The translations under genes and the position numbers were made by a program. This document shows positions 10,081 through 19,464 of a stretch of 64,000 bases of DNA, one piece after another. Numbering within the stretch: the stretch's first letter is position 1; each line of letters starts with the position of its first letter. The notes under the pieces were generated by a model. It did no database searches and had not been told where the DNA came from. It worked only from the letters and a program-made list of their open reading frames with translations. This stretch comes from a virus. Where the stretch lies: positions 7,403 to 71,402 of IMG/VR virus record IMGVR_UViG_3300037515_000591. One strand, written 5' to 3'.

Positions 10081-10559
10081 CAGGCAGCCGCCACCAGCGT
10101 TGCACCCGGCGTCAGCGGCACATACGTCGCGTACCACTCCACGACACCGTCAACACTCGAAGCGCCAGCGACCTCGATCTCCCCAGTACTCACAACGAGC
10201 GGGCCAAGCGGAGCGCCGTTGACCGCGAAGTTCGTCTGGTTGTTCGCCGTGTCGTTGGTCTCGATCGCGATACCGATGACGTCACCGGCCAAGGTGTTGG
10301 TGGTGCCCAGGTCGGTGGCAGTGACAATGGTCGTCGTGTCACCCGTGGTGGGATCCACCGCGAGAGCGATCGTGCCGCCGTCCTCCGCGACGACCGTGGT
10401 CACCAGACCCCACAGCGCGGTGATGTACACCTCGCCACCGGCCACCGTGAACACCTGGTAAGTGGCGTCACCACCTGTCGTGAAGTCACTGGTCTTGCCC
10501 TGGACGTAGCGGCCCAGGAGCAGGCTCCGCAGCTCATGACCCTGAATGATCGTGCTCAT
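10080..10559 (-). CDS. hypothetical structural protein
   Basis: 159 aa, beta-rich, in the head module downstream of the capsid gene. Confidence 0.6.
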   Translation of the reverse strand: MSTIIQGHELRSLLLGRYVQGKTSDFTTGGDATYQVFTVAGGEVYITALWGLVTTVVAEDGGTIALAVDPTTGDTTTIVTATDLGTTNTLAGDVIGIAIETNDTANNQTNFAVNGAPLGPLVVSTGEIEVAGASSVDGVVEWYATYVPLTPGATLVAAA

Positions 10560-10561
10560 GT

Positions 10562-10981
10562 TCAGGCCCCCAGGATCGCGAGGTTCGCGGGAGTCCGCTG
10601 CACCGTCAGGTCATGGAACACCGCAGTCACCAGACCAGCCGACGAGGCCGTCACCTTGATGTAGTCCTTCGTGTCCGGAAGCATGCTCCCGGACACGAAG
10701 AACACCACCGTGCCCGACGAGATGGTCACCGCGTTCGACGCCGACTGAGTGGCCGCGACCCAGGCGGCGGTGCCGTCGGTGGCCGTGTTGGTGAACTTGC
10801 GGGTGATGATGTTGCCGGGCGTCGCGAACGATCCGGCGAACGCATCGGAGACGGTGATGGTGAACGTGTCGTTGCCGGTGCAGATGTACGTCACACCGGA
10901 CGCATCCTTCAGCGACAGCGACACCGCGTCCGCGATGGGGACGGCGTTGAAGACTCGTCCGAGGCCTTCCATTCCTGCCAT
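10562..10981 (-). CDS. hypothetical structural protein (possible head decoration)
   Basis: 139 aa, the first gene after the capsid gene and its hairpin. Confidence 0.6.
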   Translation of the reverse strand: MAGMEGLGRVFNAVPIADAVSLSLKDASGVTYICTGNDTFTITVSDAFAGSFATPGNIITRKFTNTATDGTAAWVAATQSASNAVTISSGTVVFFVSGSMLPDTKDYIKVTASSAGLVTAVFHDLTVQRTPANLAILGA

Positions 10982-11024
10982 GGTGTTGCCCTCCTTGAGG
11001 GGGTTGAGTGCCTCTGCGGATTGG

Positions 11025-11056
11025 GCCCGAGCGGGGGTGTTACTGCCCGCCCGGGC
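11025..11056 (-). terminator. stem-loop just downstream of the capsid gene
   Basis: GCCCGaGCGGG ... CCCGCcCGGGC inverted repeat, read directly from the sequence. Confidence 0.45.
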
Positions 11057-11063
11057 TGGCGGG

Positions 11064-12563
11064 TCAGGCTCGGGCGGCCAACTGCACGAACGGCGAAAGC
11101 GGGTCGCTGTTGTTCTGTGGCGTGCACGGGGACTGGAGCCACGGCTGACCGTCGACGCGCTGGATGATGCGGTAGGCGGTCTGGTCGTTCTGGAACTTGA
11201 AGTGCGGCGACGACATCGCCGACATGACCTGCCGGTCGCCGATCAGGTAGAACCCGAAGTCCACAAACGAGATGTCGCCCTTGTCGCCGAGGACACCCGG
11301 TGCCTTCTCGGTGACGACGACGGGGCGGCCGAGGATCGTCATCGGCGGGCCCTGAACGCCGTTGTTCAGCCAGATCGCCGAGCCGCCCGTACCGACGGAC
11401 AGACTCATGGTGGCGAGCTCCGGGAACACGTCCGGGCTCACGACCCACACCGCGCGGTCCAGGCTGCCGGGGAGCATGCGGGCGTACATCTTCACCAGGT
11501 TTTCCCACACCACGGTGTCGGCTGCCTGCCCGGACTCCTTGGCGACCTCGACGATCGCCGTGTTGCCCGCCTCCAGCGCGCCCTGGGGTTCGCCGACACC
11601 ACTGCCCTTGAGGAACGCGATGTCCTCGTAGAAGTTGAGGGCCTCGGGGAAGATCTGGTCGAGGAACGCCTGGAACGAGATGGCGGAGTCGGAGATCAGT
11701 TCGTTGGGGACCTCGGTGTACGCGGTGAGCTTCTTCGCGTCGAGGACGATCCGGGAGAACGCGGCCTGCGACGCGGTGAGCGCTGCGCCCTCTTCGGTCC
11801 AGTAGCCGACGACTCCGCCGTACACCGAGCTGACGTTGCTGGTGGAATCAACTGCCGGGAACGGCACCCGGAGCGTCTCCATCGGGATGACGCGGGCCCG
11901 CTGCCGGACGACGGACTGCTCCAGCGCCACCGCGAGGAGTTCGCTACGGAGGACCTCGGGGATGAGGAACCCGCCCTCCGATGGCACCGTGCTGGAGAAC
12001 GCGTTGCGGACGCGGGTCAGCTTCGCCTGCATGTCCGCAGTCCGGTTCGCGTTGTGCCAGATCGTCTGGAAGTACTCCGCCGAGTTCTTGAACTCGCGGT
12101 CCAGGACCGCACCCATCGCCCGCGGGTTGTGAATGTGGTTCCGCGCACTGCCCGTCTGCACGACGGCCTTCGGGGTCAGGTCGATGCGGTCCACACCGTC
12201 GGGCTGGTTGTCGCGCAGCCAGTTCGCGAGGATCTGCTCCGTCTGCTCCTTGACCTGCGTCGCAATGCTGAGGTCGCGGGCGTGGGTGTTGCGGGCGTAG
12301 TTGGTGATGAACTCGCCGAAGGCTTCCGGCTGCGCGAAGACGCGCTGCATCTTCGCCGAGTCGGTCAGCATCTCCTCCAGCGCGGCCTGGTTGGTGGGGA
12401 TGGTGAGACGGTCGGGGTCCACCCCTCCGGCCGGGGCCGGCGGTTCGGCGATCCGGTTGTACGCCTTGCCGATCTGGCGCGGGTCGAACCCGGCGCGGAG
12501 GATCATGCGGTGGCGCATGCCGGACACGGTGTCGGCGCGCCCCCGGGCGATTGTGGTGTTCAC
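11064..12563 (-). CDS. major capsid protein, HK97 family
   Basis: Typical HK97-fold stretches, for example GGFLIPEVL, LTAYTEVPNELISDS and FYEDIAFLKGSGVGEPQG. The start is GTG 12563 with RBS GGGAGG and a GTGA overlap with the protease stop. Confidence 0.9.
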   Translation of the reverse strand: MNTTIARGRADTVSGMRHRMILRAGFDPRQIGKAYNRIAEPPAPAGGVDPDRLTIPTNQAALEEMLTDSAKMQRVFAQPEAFGEFITNYARNTHARDLSIATQVKEQTEQILANWLRDNQPDGVDRIDLTPKAVVQTGSARNHIHNPRAMGAVLDREFKNSAEYFQTIWHNANRTADMQAKLTRVRNAFSSTVPSEGGFLIPEVLRSELLAVALEQSVVRQRARVIPMETLRVPFPAVDSTSNVSSVYGGVVGYWTEEGAALTASQAAFSRIVLDAKKLTAYTEVPNELISDSAISFQAFLDQIFPEALNFYEDIAFLKGSGVGEPQGALEAGNTAIVEVAKESGQAADTVVWENLVKMYARMLPGSLDRAVWVVSPDVFPELATMSLSVGTGGSAIWLNNGVQGPPMTILGRPVVVTEKAPGVLGDKGDISFVDFGFYLIGDRQVMSAMSSPHFKFQNDQTAYRIIQRVDGQPWLQSPCTPQNNSDPLSPFVQLAARA

Positions 12564-14296
12564 AGTTCTGCCTCCCAAAGGGCACGTCGTACTGCTGATT
12601 GGTCGATCGTTTGGACCGGCTCGGGCGCGGCCGGCTGGGGCGCGGCGGGCTGGGGTGGGGCGGGTGCGTCGTTGGCGACACCGGTCATGACGGCGCGCAG
12701 GTAGTCGGCGACGACTTGCCCGGCGGGCGGCGGCGGTTCGGGCACGACGGCCGCAGCCGGGGTGGGCACGGCCGGGGTGGGGCGTGCGGTCTGCGGGGCG
12801 GCCGGAGCATCGTTGGCGACCCCGGCGAACAGGGACCGGAAGTAGCCGACCGCCACCGTCTGCGGATCCGCCTCAGGCACGACGTCTACAGGCGGCGGCA
12901 CATACGGGACCGGGTCCTGCCGCGGGGCGGGTACGGCCGGTGCGTCACCCGCCACACCCGCCATGAGAGAGCGGAAGTAGCCGGCGGCCACGGTCTGCTC
13001 GTCGGGTTCGGGCACGACGTCCGTGGGCGGCGGCACGTACGGGGCGGCCTGGCGTACGGGCGTGGGCGCGGCGGGTGCATCACCTGCGACACCGGCCATC
13101 AGCGACCGCAGGTGCTCGGGCTGGTAGCCGGGCATCGGGTCGAGCGCGGCGGTTGCGGCGGCACGGAACACGGACGGGTCGAACGCGGCTGCCGTGGGCG
13201 CGTCGCGGGCGCGGTCCTCGCTGCTGTCGCCGTCCGCAAGGTGGGCGCGCAGGTGAGCTTCCACCGCGGCGCGCTGCGCCTCGGGTACGTCGGACTGGGG
13301 GAGGCGTGCGAGCCCGTTGCGGCAGGCGGCCAAGTTGGCGGCGCCCGGGCTACCGTCGCCGTCGACCTCGTGGTGGGGGAACTTGCACGCGCTCTTGGGG
13401 AGTTCGCCGCTCTCGACCTGTTCGGGGTCGTACCAGCCGTACGCCTTCTTCGCGGTGGCGACGGTCATGGGGGCGGGGAGGCGGCGCTCATTCGGGCCCG
13501 CATCCCATGGGGAGTCGACGGTCGCGGTGTGGTGCGTCGGCGACGCAGTGTCGAGCGGTGGTGCGGGAGCGGTCTCGCGGCTGGTGTGCGCGTAGTTGTA
13601 CACCGACAGGTCCCACGCGGCGGCGACCGCCCGGTCGTCGGGCATCTCTTCCATCTGCCGCTCAGGCTTCGCAACCTCGTCCGCGAGCCCGGCCTCAACC
13701 GCCTCATCGGCGAAGAACCAGGTTTCGGCAGCCATGAGGCGGAGCCACTGCTTGACCGTGCCGCCTGCACGCTCGGCGTACACCCCGGCCAGGTTTTCGC
13801 TCTGCCGGTCGAGAAATTCGGCGTACTCGCGGAGTTCAGCCGCTTCGCCGCTGGCGACGCCCTGCGCCATGTGCAGCATCATCTGGCTGTGCGGGGCCAT
13901 GATGATCCGGTCTCCGGCCATGGCGATGACGGAGGCGATCGATGCGGCGAGGCTGTCGACCTGGACGATGACCTTGGCGCGGTGGGAGCGGAGTGCGTTA
14001 TAGCAGGCCAGGCCGTCATAGACCTCTCCGCCAGGGCTGTTGACGTACAGCCTGATCTCCGGCGCATCGATGGCCTTGAGTTCCTCCACAAAGGAGGAGG
14101 CTGAAATTCCCCACGAGCCAATGTCGCCGTAGATGTACATCGAGGCGACGGGTGAGCCGCCTTCGTCGACGGTGTTGGTGATGCGGTACCAGCCCTCGAC
14201 GCCGTCGGGTCCGGGCAGTGCGGGGCGTGCGGCTCGGCTGCGTTCGGCAATCACTTCGGGGGCGGCGGTATTCCACGATCGCCGCGTGTGGCTCAT
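12560..14296 (-). CDS. ClpP-like (S14) prohead protease fused to a repeat-containing scaffold-like C-terminus
   Basis: LYVNSPGGEVYDGLACYNALR...VDSLAASIASVIAMAGD...APHSQMMLH is ClpP-like. The start is moved to ATG 14296 with RBS GGGGAGGG. Confidence 0.85.
   Translation of the reverse strand: MSHTRRSWNTAAPEVIAERSRAARPALPGPDGVEGWYRITNTVDEGGSPVASMYIYGDIGSWGISASSFVEELKAIDAPEIRLYVNSPGGEVYDGLACYNALRSHRAKVIVQVDSLAASIASVIAMAGDRIIMAPHSQMMLHMAQGVASGEAAELREYAEFLDRQSENLAGVYAERAGGTVKQWLRLMAAETWFFADEAVEAGLADEVAKPERQMEEMPDDRAVAAAWDLSVYNYAHTSRETAPAPPLDTASPTHHTATVDSPWDAGPNERRLPAPMTVATAKKAYGWYDPEQVESGELPKSACKFPHHEVDGDGSPGAANLAACRNGLARLPQSDVPEAQRAAVEAHLRAHLADGDSSEDRARDAPTAAAFDPSVFRAAATAALDPMPGYQPEHLRSLMAGVAGDAPAAPTPVRQAAPYVPPPTDVVPEPDEQTVAAGYFRSLMAGVAGDAPAVPAPRQDPVPYVPPPVDVVPEADPQTVAVGYFRSLFAGVANDAPAAPQTARPTPAVPTPAAAVVPEPPPPAGQVVADYLRAVMTGVANDAPAPPQPAAPQPAAPEPVQTIDQSAVRRALWEAEL
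12653..13117 (-). repeat. in-frame tandem repeat, four copies of about 135 nt (45 aa)
   Basis: The peptide units (Y)FRSLMAGVAGDAPA.P.P....PYVPPP.DVVPE.D.QTVA.G recur at track residues about 413, 458, 503 and 550. Confidence 0.8.
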
Positions 14297-14503
14297 TGGG
14301 TTTCGCCCTCCCCGGTGCGGGTTTTCGCATTGTCCAGGCAGGGTCATTGTGCACTATGCGTTGCGGCTTGTATGGCCTCTGACCTGCGATAACGCGGCTT
14401 TACCGTTTCCATATCGCGGGTGTCGCATTTCTTTAACAGTGGGTTTTCTTAATTCCCGTCAGCCGCGTGCATGTTTACGTGTATTCGCGTACCATTCCGG
14501 TGC

Positions 14504-14776
14504 ATGAAGGTAAACACTTCGCAGGGTGATGATGCTGCGCGGGTGGATGAGCTGGCCGCTCGTGTGCGTGCCGGGCAGCTTCCGCCGCCGGAGGAGCGGG
14601 CTCGGATACGGCAGTCGGCTCATGTGACGTTGGAGCACTTCGCACGGGTGCTGCGGGTCAGCGTGATGACGGTCAGCCGGTGGGAGCGCGGGGAGACGGA
14701 ACCGGGGCTGGATCAGCGGGCGGCGTACGCGCGACTGCTGCGGGAAGTCGCCGCCGCCACGGAGGGGGAGGCCTGA
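14504..14776 (+). CDS. XRE-family HTH protein
   Basis: HVTLEHFARVLRVSVMTVSRWERGETEP is an HTH motif. This is the first gene of the plus-strand block. The start is uncertain (14471 or 14504). Confidence 0.65.
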   Translation: MKVNTSQGDDAARVDELAARVRAGQLPPPEERARIRQSAHVTLEHFARVLRVSVMTVSRWERGETEPGLDQRAAYARLLREVAAATEGEA

Positions 14777-14778
14777 CT

Positions 14779-15186
14779 GTGGAGCCAAAATTCGTGATGA
14801 AGCGAGCCTGCTTCTCGACAGAGCGCAGGGCTTTGGACAGCGGAAGGACCGTCCGAGACCGAAGTCTGGGAATGATCGCGATCTACACACCGGTCCGCGT
14901 CAAGCCCCGTTACTGGACCAGCGCAACACTCTCGGGCTCAGTCATCCACATCGCCACCGGTCGCGGCATCCTCACTCAAGGCACCGTGGCCACCCGAGGA
15001 ATGATCACGGTGGAGCCCTACTGCAACGGGCATCTCGAATGGCCCCGCTCGCTCTCGTCTCCAGCGGACTTCCCCGAGAGACGCCTGTGCGGAATGTGCC
15101 TTGAGCGGGCGCACAACACTGCGCCTGGCAGCCTCACTCGGCCCGTTTCGCCACGGACGATCACCGTGCACGTCGTGACGACCTGA
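14779..15186 (+). CDS. hypothetical protein
   Basis: GTG 14779 lies after GGGGGAGG. Cys pairs CNGH...CGMC are present. Confidence 0.5.
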   Translation: MEPKFVMKRACFSTERRALDSGRTVRDRSLGMIAIYTPVRVKPRYWTSATLSGSVIHIATGRGILTQGTVATRGMITVEPYCNGHLEWPRSLSSPADFPERRLCGMCLERAHNTAPGSLTRPVSPRTITVHVVTT

Positions 15187-15200
15187 CTGGAGCCCGCCCC

Positions 15201-15404
15201 GTGAGTGCCCCGTTGAACCTGACCGCCGAGCAACTCCGCACGATCGCCGCAGCCCTCGACGAACTCACCGAAATCACGAAGCTGCGCGAGGTGTCGTTCA
15301 CGCCTTCCGGCTTCCTCGAAATCGGACTTGCCGACAACACGCTGAGCGTGACGCGGGACAGCGAGACCGGCGCGTACGTCATCGACGACCGCAACGGCGA
15401 CTAA
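15201..15404 (+). CDS. hypothetical protein
   Basis: 67 aa ORF with coding-like composition. Confidence 0.55.
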   Translation: MSAPLNLTAEQLRTIAAALDELTEITKLREVSFTPSGFLEIGLADNTLSVTRDSETGAYVIDDRNGD

Positions 15405-15414
15405 GGAGAAACCC

Positions 15415-15720
15415 GTGAGCACCTGTCCCGCCGAACCCCCCGGCCCCCACGACTTCACCGTCGAAGCCTGCCCCCACTGCGACACCTTCCAGTGGCCCAG
15501 CCGCACAGACCAGCATGTCGCTACCGTCCACGCCGACCTGCCGCCCTGCACAGCCCGCCTCGACAACGAGTACGGCTCGTACACGTGCATCCTCCGCGCC
15601 GGGCACCGGATAGGACACGGCCAGTACGGCGACTACCACGTCAGCGTCATCGGGCCGAACGGGCGCACCGTGTGGAACGACACCGCCGACGGCGCCACCC
15701 CGCACAAGGAGCAGTCGTGA
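15415..15720 (+). CDS. hypothetical protein with C2H2-like zinc motif
   Basis: Contains CPHCDTFQWPSRTDQHVATVH, with RBS AAGGAG upstream. Confidence 0.6.
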   Translation: MSTCPAEPPGPHDFTVEACPHCDTFQWPSRTDQHVATVHADLPPCTARLDNEYGSYTCILRAGHRIGHGQYGDYHVSVIGPNGRTVWNDTADGATPHKEQS

Positions 15721-16121
15721 GCAGCAACTACAGCGTCCTCTGCCTCTCCCACGACCCCGCCATCATCGTCCACGACCCCGGCTTCAACCGGCCCGAGCAG
15801 GCCGAAGCCGCCATCGCTGACGGCGTCACCGGGCACGAGAACTGCGACCTGATGATCGGCCGCTACTCGTACCCGCTCGTCGAACTCGGCTGCCCGCCCG
15901 CCCGTGATGGCCTCGGCCCTTCCTTCAGGAGGTGCTACCACGGAGAAACCGTGTGGGTGTGCAGGGAATGGCTATGGATCCTGGCCGCGGCCTACCAATC
16001 GTCTGATCCGGACGTACGGGCGACTACGCAAGCAAACCGCAGCCCGCGGTGTCTGCCGTGGGAGCGGCTACGGCGGTTGCGGAACGAACTCGACTTCACG
16101 ATCAAGGAGGCCGCCCCGTGA
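15717..16121 (+). CDS. hypothetical protein
   Basis: The GTG start overlaps the upstream stop (GTGA). Contains the motif VTGHENC. Confidence 0.55.
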   Translation: MSSNYSVLCLSHDPAIIVHDPGFNRPEQAEAAIADGVTGHENCDLMIGRYSYPLVELGCPPARDGLGPSFRRCYHGETVWVCREWLWILAAAYQSSDPDVRATTQANRSPRCLPWERLRRLRNELDFTIKEAAP

Positions 16122-16513
16122 GCGCCGTCCACATCGTTGTCGTCGTCGTCGCGGTGGCTGTCATCGGCCTCTGTACGTGGGCTGCTCCCCGCCGCTACCA
16201 CCTCCAGCGGTCGAAGTCCCAGGACCATGCGCCCCGAGTGCTCACTATCCCTGAGCCGATCACGGAGGCCGAGTACGAGGCGATCAAGACGCGCTGGCTG
16301 GCCCTGTACGGCAGCAACACGAACGCGCACCTCGTGACGCCGCTCTGCACGGAGCACGACGTCAACGAGTGGGCGTGCGTCACCAACCCGCGCACCGGGC
16401 GTATGGAGCACTTCAAGCGGCCGTGGCCCGGTTGCCGAATCGACTTCACAGGAAGCTCGCGCAACGGCCTGGTGGACCCACTGCCTCACACCACCCCCGA
16501 GGAGACCCCGTGA
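16118..16513 (+). CDS. hypothetical membrane-anchored protein
   Basis: GTGA overlap start. The N-terminus VSAVHIVVVVVAVAVIGLCTW is a hydrophobic helix. Confidence 0.55.
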   Translation: MSAVHIVVVVVAVAVIGLCTWAAPRRYHLQRSKSQDHAPRVLTIPEPITEAEYEAIKTRWLALYGSNTNAHLVTPLCTEHDVNEWACVTNPRTGRMEHFKRPWPGCRIDFTGSSRNGLVDPLPHTTPEETP

Positions 16514-16755
16514 ACGTCTTCGAGACCGTCTACGTCATCGGCGCCGCGATCTCCGCAGTCATCCTCGCCATCGACATCACCATCGACGAGGCCGACTGGA
16601 GCAGGCGCATGGTCTCGTTCCCGGATCCTGGCGAGCCGCTTCGGATTGAAACCGAACACGTCGTCAGCGGCATCCTGATGGGGCTTGTGACTGCGTTCGT
16701 CTGGCCGGTTGGGGTTCCGGCGTACTTCCTCGCGTTCAGGACCCGGCGTGGGTGA
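16510..16755 (+). CDS. small two-helix membrane protein
   Basis: GTGA overlap start. Hydrophobic stretches VIGAAISAVILAI and GILMGLVTAFVWPVGVPAYFLAF. Confidence 0.55.
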   Translation: MNVFETVYVIGAAISAVILAIDITIDEADWSRRMVSFPDPGEPLRIETEHVVSGILMGLVTAFVWPVGVPAYFLAFRTRRG

Positions 16756-16939
16756 CCGTCTGCGTCCGGTGCGCCTGTTCGGCCGCGACTACTACTGGCA
16801 CGCCGGGCCCGGCCATCCGCTGCAACTGCTGCCCGCCGTCCCGTGGCCCGAGCTGCCCAAGGTGCAGCCCGAGGATCTGTACTCGGAGTTGGTCCGCCTG
16901 TACGCCCGCCCACTCCCACAACCCGAGGAGATCCCTTGA
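16748..16939 (+). CDS. hypothetical protein
   Basis: I preferred this frame over the Cys/Pro-rich alternative at 16752-16946. The start is GTG 16748. Confidence 0.4.
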   Translation: MGDRLRPVRLFGRDYYWHAGPGHPLQLLPAVPWPELPKVQPEDLYSELVRLYARPLPQPEEIP

Positions 16940-17409
16940 CGGCTGACAGCCCGCGACGCGTGATCACGCTGAACTGTTTGACCTGCGGCGAGACCGGCAT
17001 CACCGTATGGGCCGCACACGCCAGCGCCTGCCCCGGCCCGTCCCACGGCGGCGGGCCAGCCGAGACCATCGAAGGCGTCCGTCACCTCGAAGCCCGCCTA
17101 TGGGAGAACAACGACGCTCGGGAGATGCCCGTCTCCGCCGTGTGCCACTCGATCGCTAACGATCTGCGGGACGTCCTCGCAGACGACGATCACCGGCCTA
17201 CCGCCCCCGACCTGACCACCGGCACCCGAGGTGAGTACAACGAGTGGGTCATCGAGACGAAGCTCGGGCGCAGGCTCGCTGTGTGTGTCGACCGCAGCCC
17301 GTATCGGGAGGACGCACGCCGGCGGTTGGAGGAGCTACGGGCCGAGCATCCGGGGATGGTGTTCCGAGTGGTCCGGGAGACGAGTACGCGTACTGAGGAG
17401 GATTGGTGA
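16936..17409 (+). CDS. hypothetical protein
   Basis: The TTG start overlaps the upstream stop. Contains LNCLTCGETG...ACPGPSHGG. Confidence 0.5.
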   Translation: MTADSPRRVITLNCLTCGETGITVWAAHASACPGPSHGGGPAETIEGVRHLEARLWENNDAREMPVSAVCHSIANDLRDVLADDDHRPTAPDLTTGTRGEYNEWVIETKLGRRLAVCVDRSPYREDARRRLEELRAEHPGMVFRVVRETSTRTEEDW

Positions 17410-18023
17410 TGCCTGACCTGCATGGCTGGCTGAGTCAACAGATCGACGCGGTGGAAGCCGTAGCGCGGGCCGCAGCCTCCGACGGAACGCCCGACTGGTA
17501 CACCAAGAACCATTTCGCTGTAGCCGACGGGGACGGCGATGCGGTCGCGTACAACGAGGGAAACCCCACCCCGGACCAGGCCCGACACATTGCCCTGCAC
17601 GACCCTGCGGGCGTGCTGCGCCGTTGTGCCGCTGACCGGAAGATTCTCGCCGAGCACCGGCCCCACGGCGGCAAGTGGGAGCCGTACGCCTGCGAGGGGT
17701 GCGGCATGGACGGCGGGGACTGCGCCGACTGGATGGTTGAGCACGTCAACGACTGCCCGACGCTGCTCGCGCTCGCGGAGGGGTACGGGCTCACCGGCGA
17801 GCAGCGCGCCGTACTGGACCGGCCCGAGCCTGAGCGGCCTGCACCGTCCGGGCCCAGCCTTCTCCCTGACGGGCTCGCCGAGGCCATGTTCGGCAACCTG
17901 TACGCCTTCGCACTCGGTGTACGGGAGGTTGAGCGGAGCCCGGAGGTGAAGGCGATGGAGATCCTGAACCCGGAGTTGAAGAAGATCCCCGGCTACCTGC
18001 CCACCACCGAGGAGCAGCAGTGA
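17409..18023 (+). CDS. DUF6221-like protein
   Basis: The segment ARHIALHDPAGVLRRCAADRKILAEH matches my memory of the DUF6221 family seen in actinophages. Confidence 0.65.
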   Translation: MPDLHGWLSQQIDAVEAVARAAASDGTPDWYTKNHFAVADGDGDAVAYNEGNPTPDQARHIALHDPAGVLRRCAADRKILAEHRPHGGKWEPYACEGCGMDGGDCADWMVEHVNDCPTLLALAEGYGLTGEQRAVLDRPEPERPAPSGPSLLPDGLAEAMFGNLYAFALGVREVERSPEVKAMEILNPELKKIPGYLPTTEEQQ

Positions 18024-18337
18024 GGCGCCTGATCAGCAACAAGACTCTGTGGCCTCTGCACGTCGCTCAGGGCCGCGCCGAGGAGATCTCCGCGTGGGTG
18101 GCTGCGAACGGCATCGAACCCGACGACGTGTCCACCAACCATGATCTGATCGTTGAGGACGTGGCAGGCGTTCTGTCGATCCGGTGCACGGTGTACCTGC
18201 GGACGCTGGACGGCTCCAAGTACGTGGATGGCGCGTTGGATGACGCGGCGGTGGCGGAACGGCGTGTGCCGCTGCTGGTGCTGCCGCCGGATTCCTGGCC
18301 GACGTGGGCGCTCGCCGACGAAAGGCCACAGCCGTGA
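18020..18337 (+). CDS. hypothetical protein
   Basis: GTGA overlap start, 105 aa. Confidence 0.55.
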   Translation: MRRLISNKTLWPLHVAQGRAEEISAWVAANGIEPDDVSTNHDLIVEDVAGVLSIRCTVYLRTLDGSKYVDGALDDAAVAERRVPLLVLPPDSWPTWALADERPQP

Positions 18338-18588
18338 GGCCACTGCAATGCGTGATCGGCCGCCACGCATGGACCGGCTGGCGTAAGCACGAGAAGGGAT
18401 GCGGCGACCACGGCTGCGACCGCTACCTACGCCGCTGTACTCGGTGCCCGAGGTGGCAGCGCAAGTTCCCAGGAGGGCGACCGCGCGAGTTCGAGTGCCG
18501 CTGCCTCGCCTTCGCCTGCTGCTCGGACGAATGCCGCCAAGGCCGATGCCCATCCATCCCAGCCGAGCTCAGAGAGGACACCCGATGA
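18334..18588 (+). CDS. Cys-rich small protein
   Basis: GTGA overlap start. Contains CGDHGCDRYLRRCTRCPRW...CRCLAFACCSDEC. Confidence 0.5.
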   Translation: MRPLQCVIGRHAWTGWRKHEKGCGDHGCDRYLRRCTRCPRWQRKFPGGRPREFECRCLAFACCSDECRQGRCPSIPAELREDTR

Positions 18589-18905
18589 GCCAACCACTCG
18601 ACGAACAGCAGATGCGAGATGCCTGGGACACGGCTGTACAGGACTGCCTGACCGGGCACGAGAACTGCTCGTACGGCGGCATGACCCCACAGACCGGCTA
18701 CTGGCTCCAAGCCGAGGGCTGCCAACTCAACCACGGTGAGAGGTGCGTGTGGTGCGGCGGCGAGGCGGAGACGGGGTTCTCCAACTGGGCCGACGACGGG
18801 TTTTCGATCTACCGGGTTCCTGCGTGTGAGGGGTGCGCGCAGCAGTGGGTGCGGTTCGATGTTCGGTGGGTGCGGAGCATCGCGGACGAGGAGCCCACCC
18901 CGTGA
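18585..18905 (+). CDS. hypothetical protein
   Basis: ATGA overlap start. Contains the motif LTGHENC and CVWCGG...CEGC. Confidence 0.55.
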   Translation: MSQPLDEQQMRDAWDTAVQDCLTGHENCSYGGMTPQTGYWLQAEGCQLNHGERCVWCGGEAETGFSNWADDGFSIYRVPACEGCAQQWVRFDVRWVRSIADEEPTP

Positions 18906-19336
18906 GCAACTACGCGTACGCCAGCGTCCCAGGCAACGACTCTGCGATCGTCGGCCCCGAAACCGTCAACGGCACCGGACAGGTCTACCTCCACGCCGAC
19001 GACCTCTGCTTCCTCAGCAACGAGGAAGCCCGCGAACTCGGGCGCGCGCTGATCGAGGCCGCCGACTACGCGAAGGCCGTGCAGAACGAGAAGGAGAACT
19101 GGCCGGGCGGCGGACCGCCCAAGTCTGTACTCGACGTCGCGTGGACCGATCCGCAGTGGCGTTCCGCTGGCCCGGACGGCGACCCCGACACCGCGTGCAG
19201 CGCCTCTCACCGCCCAGACCCCCGCAGCACCAGCCCCCGGAGCGTTGCCCGTTGCACGCGGGGCTGCGGCCACTGCGGGGCGCACGCCGGGGCCGACTTC
19301 GACGGAAGGTCGTACCAGTGGGAGGACACGCGATGA
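18902..19336 (+). CDS. hypothetical protein
   Basis: GTGA overlap start, 144 aa. Confidence 0.5.
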   Translation: MSNYAYASVPGNDSAIVGPETVNGTGQVYLHADDLCFLSNEEARELGRALIEAADYAKAVQNEKENWPGGGPPKSVLDVAWTDPQWRSAGPDGDPDTACSASHRPDPRSTSPRSVARCTRGCGHCGAHAGADFDGRSYQWEDTR

Positions 19337-19452
19337 CCGTCACGCTGCGACTCGTCGTCGAGACGTGCTGCGCCTGCCCCAACCAGTGGGACGCCTGGAC
19401 CGTCGACGGCCAATACCTTGCATGTCAACTATGTTCGCGAATAATGTTGTGA
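19333..19452 (+). pseudogene. 39-codon ORF, possibly a truncated gene
   Basis: MTVTLRLVVETCCACPNQWDAWTVDGQYL then runs into an AT-rich segment and stops. Confidence 0.35.
19418..19446 (+). promoter_or_regulatory. near-consensus sigma70-type promoter TTGCAT-17 nt-ATAATG
   Basis: Read directly: ttgcat at 19418-19423, a 17 nt spacer, and ataatg at 19441-19446. The GTG of the next gene is at 19465. Confidence 0.5.
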
Positions 19453-19464
19453 CACAATGGAACT

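Noticed and set aside
15717-18905. Shared TGHENC motif in the 15717-16121 and 18585-18905 products as evidence of paralogy.
   Set aside because: Only a six-residue match with little flanking similarity by eye. This is too weak to call without an alignment.
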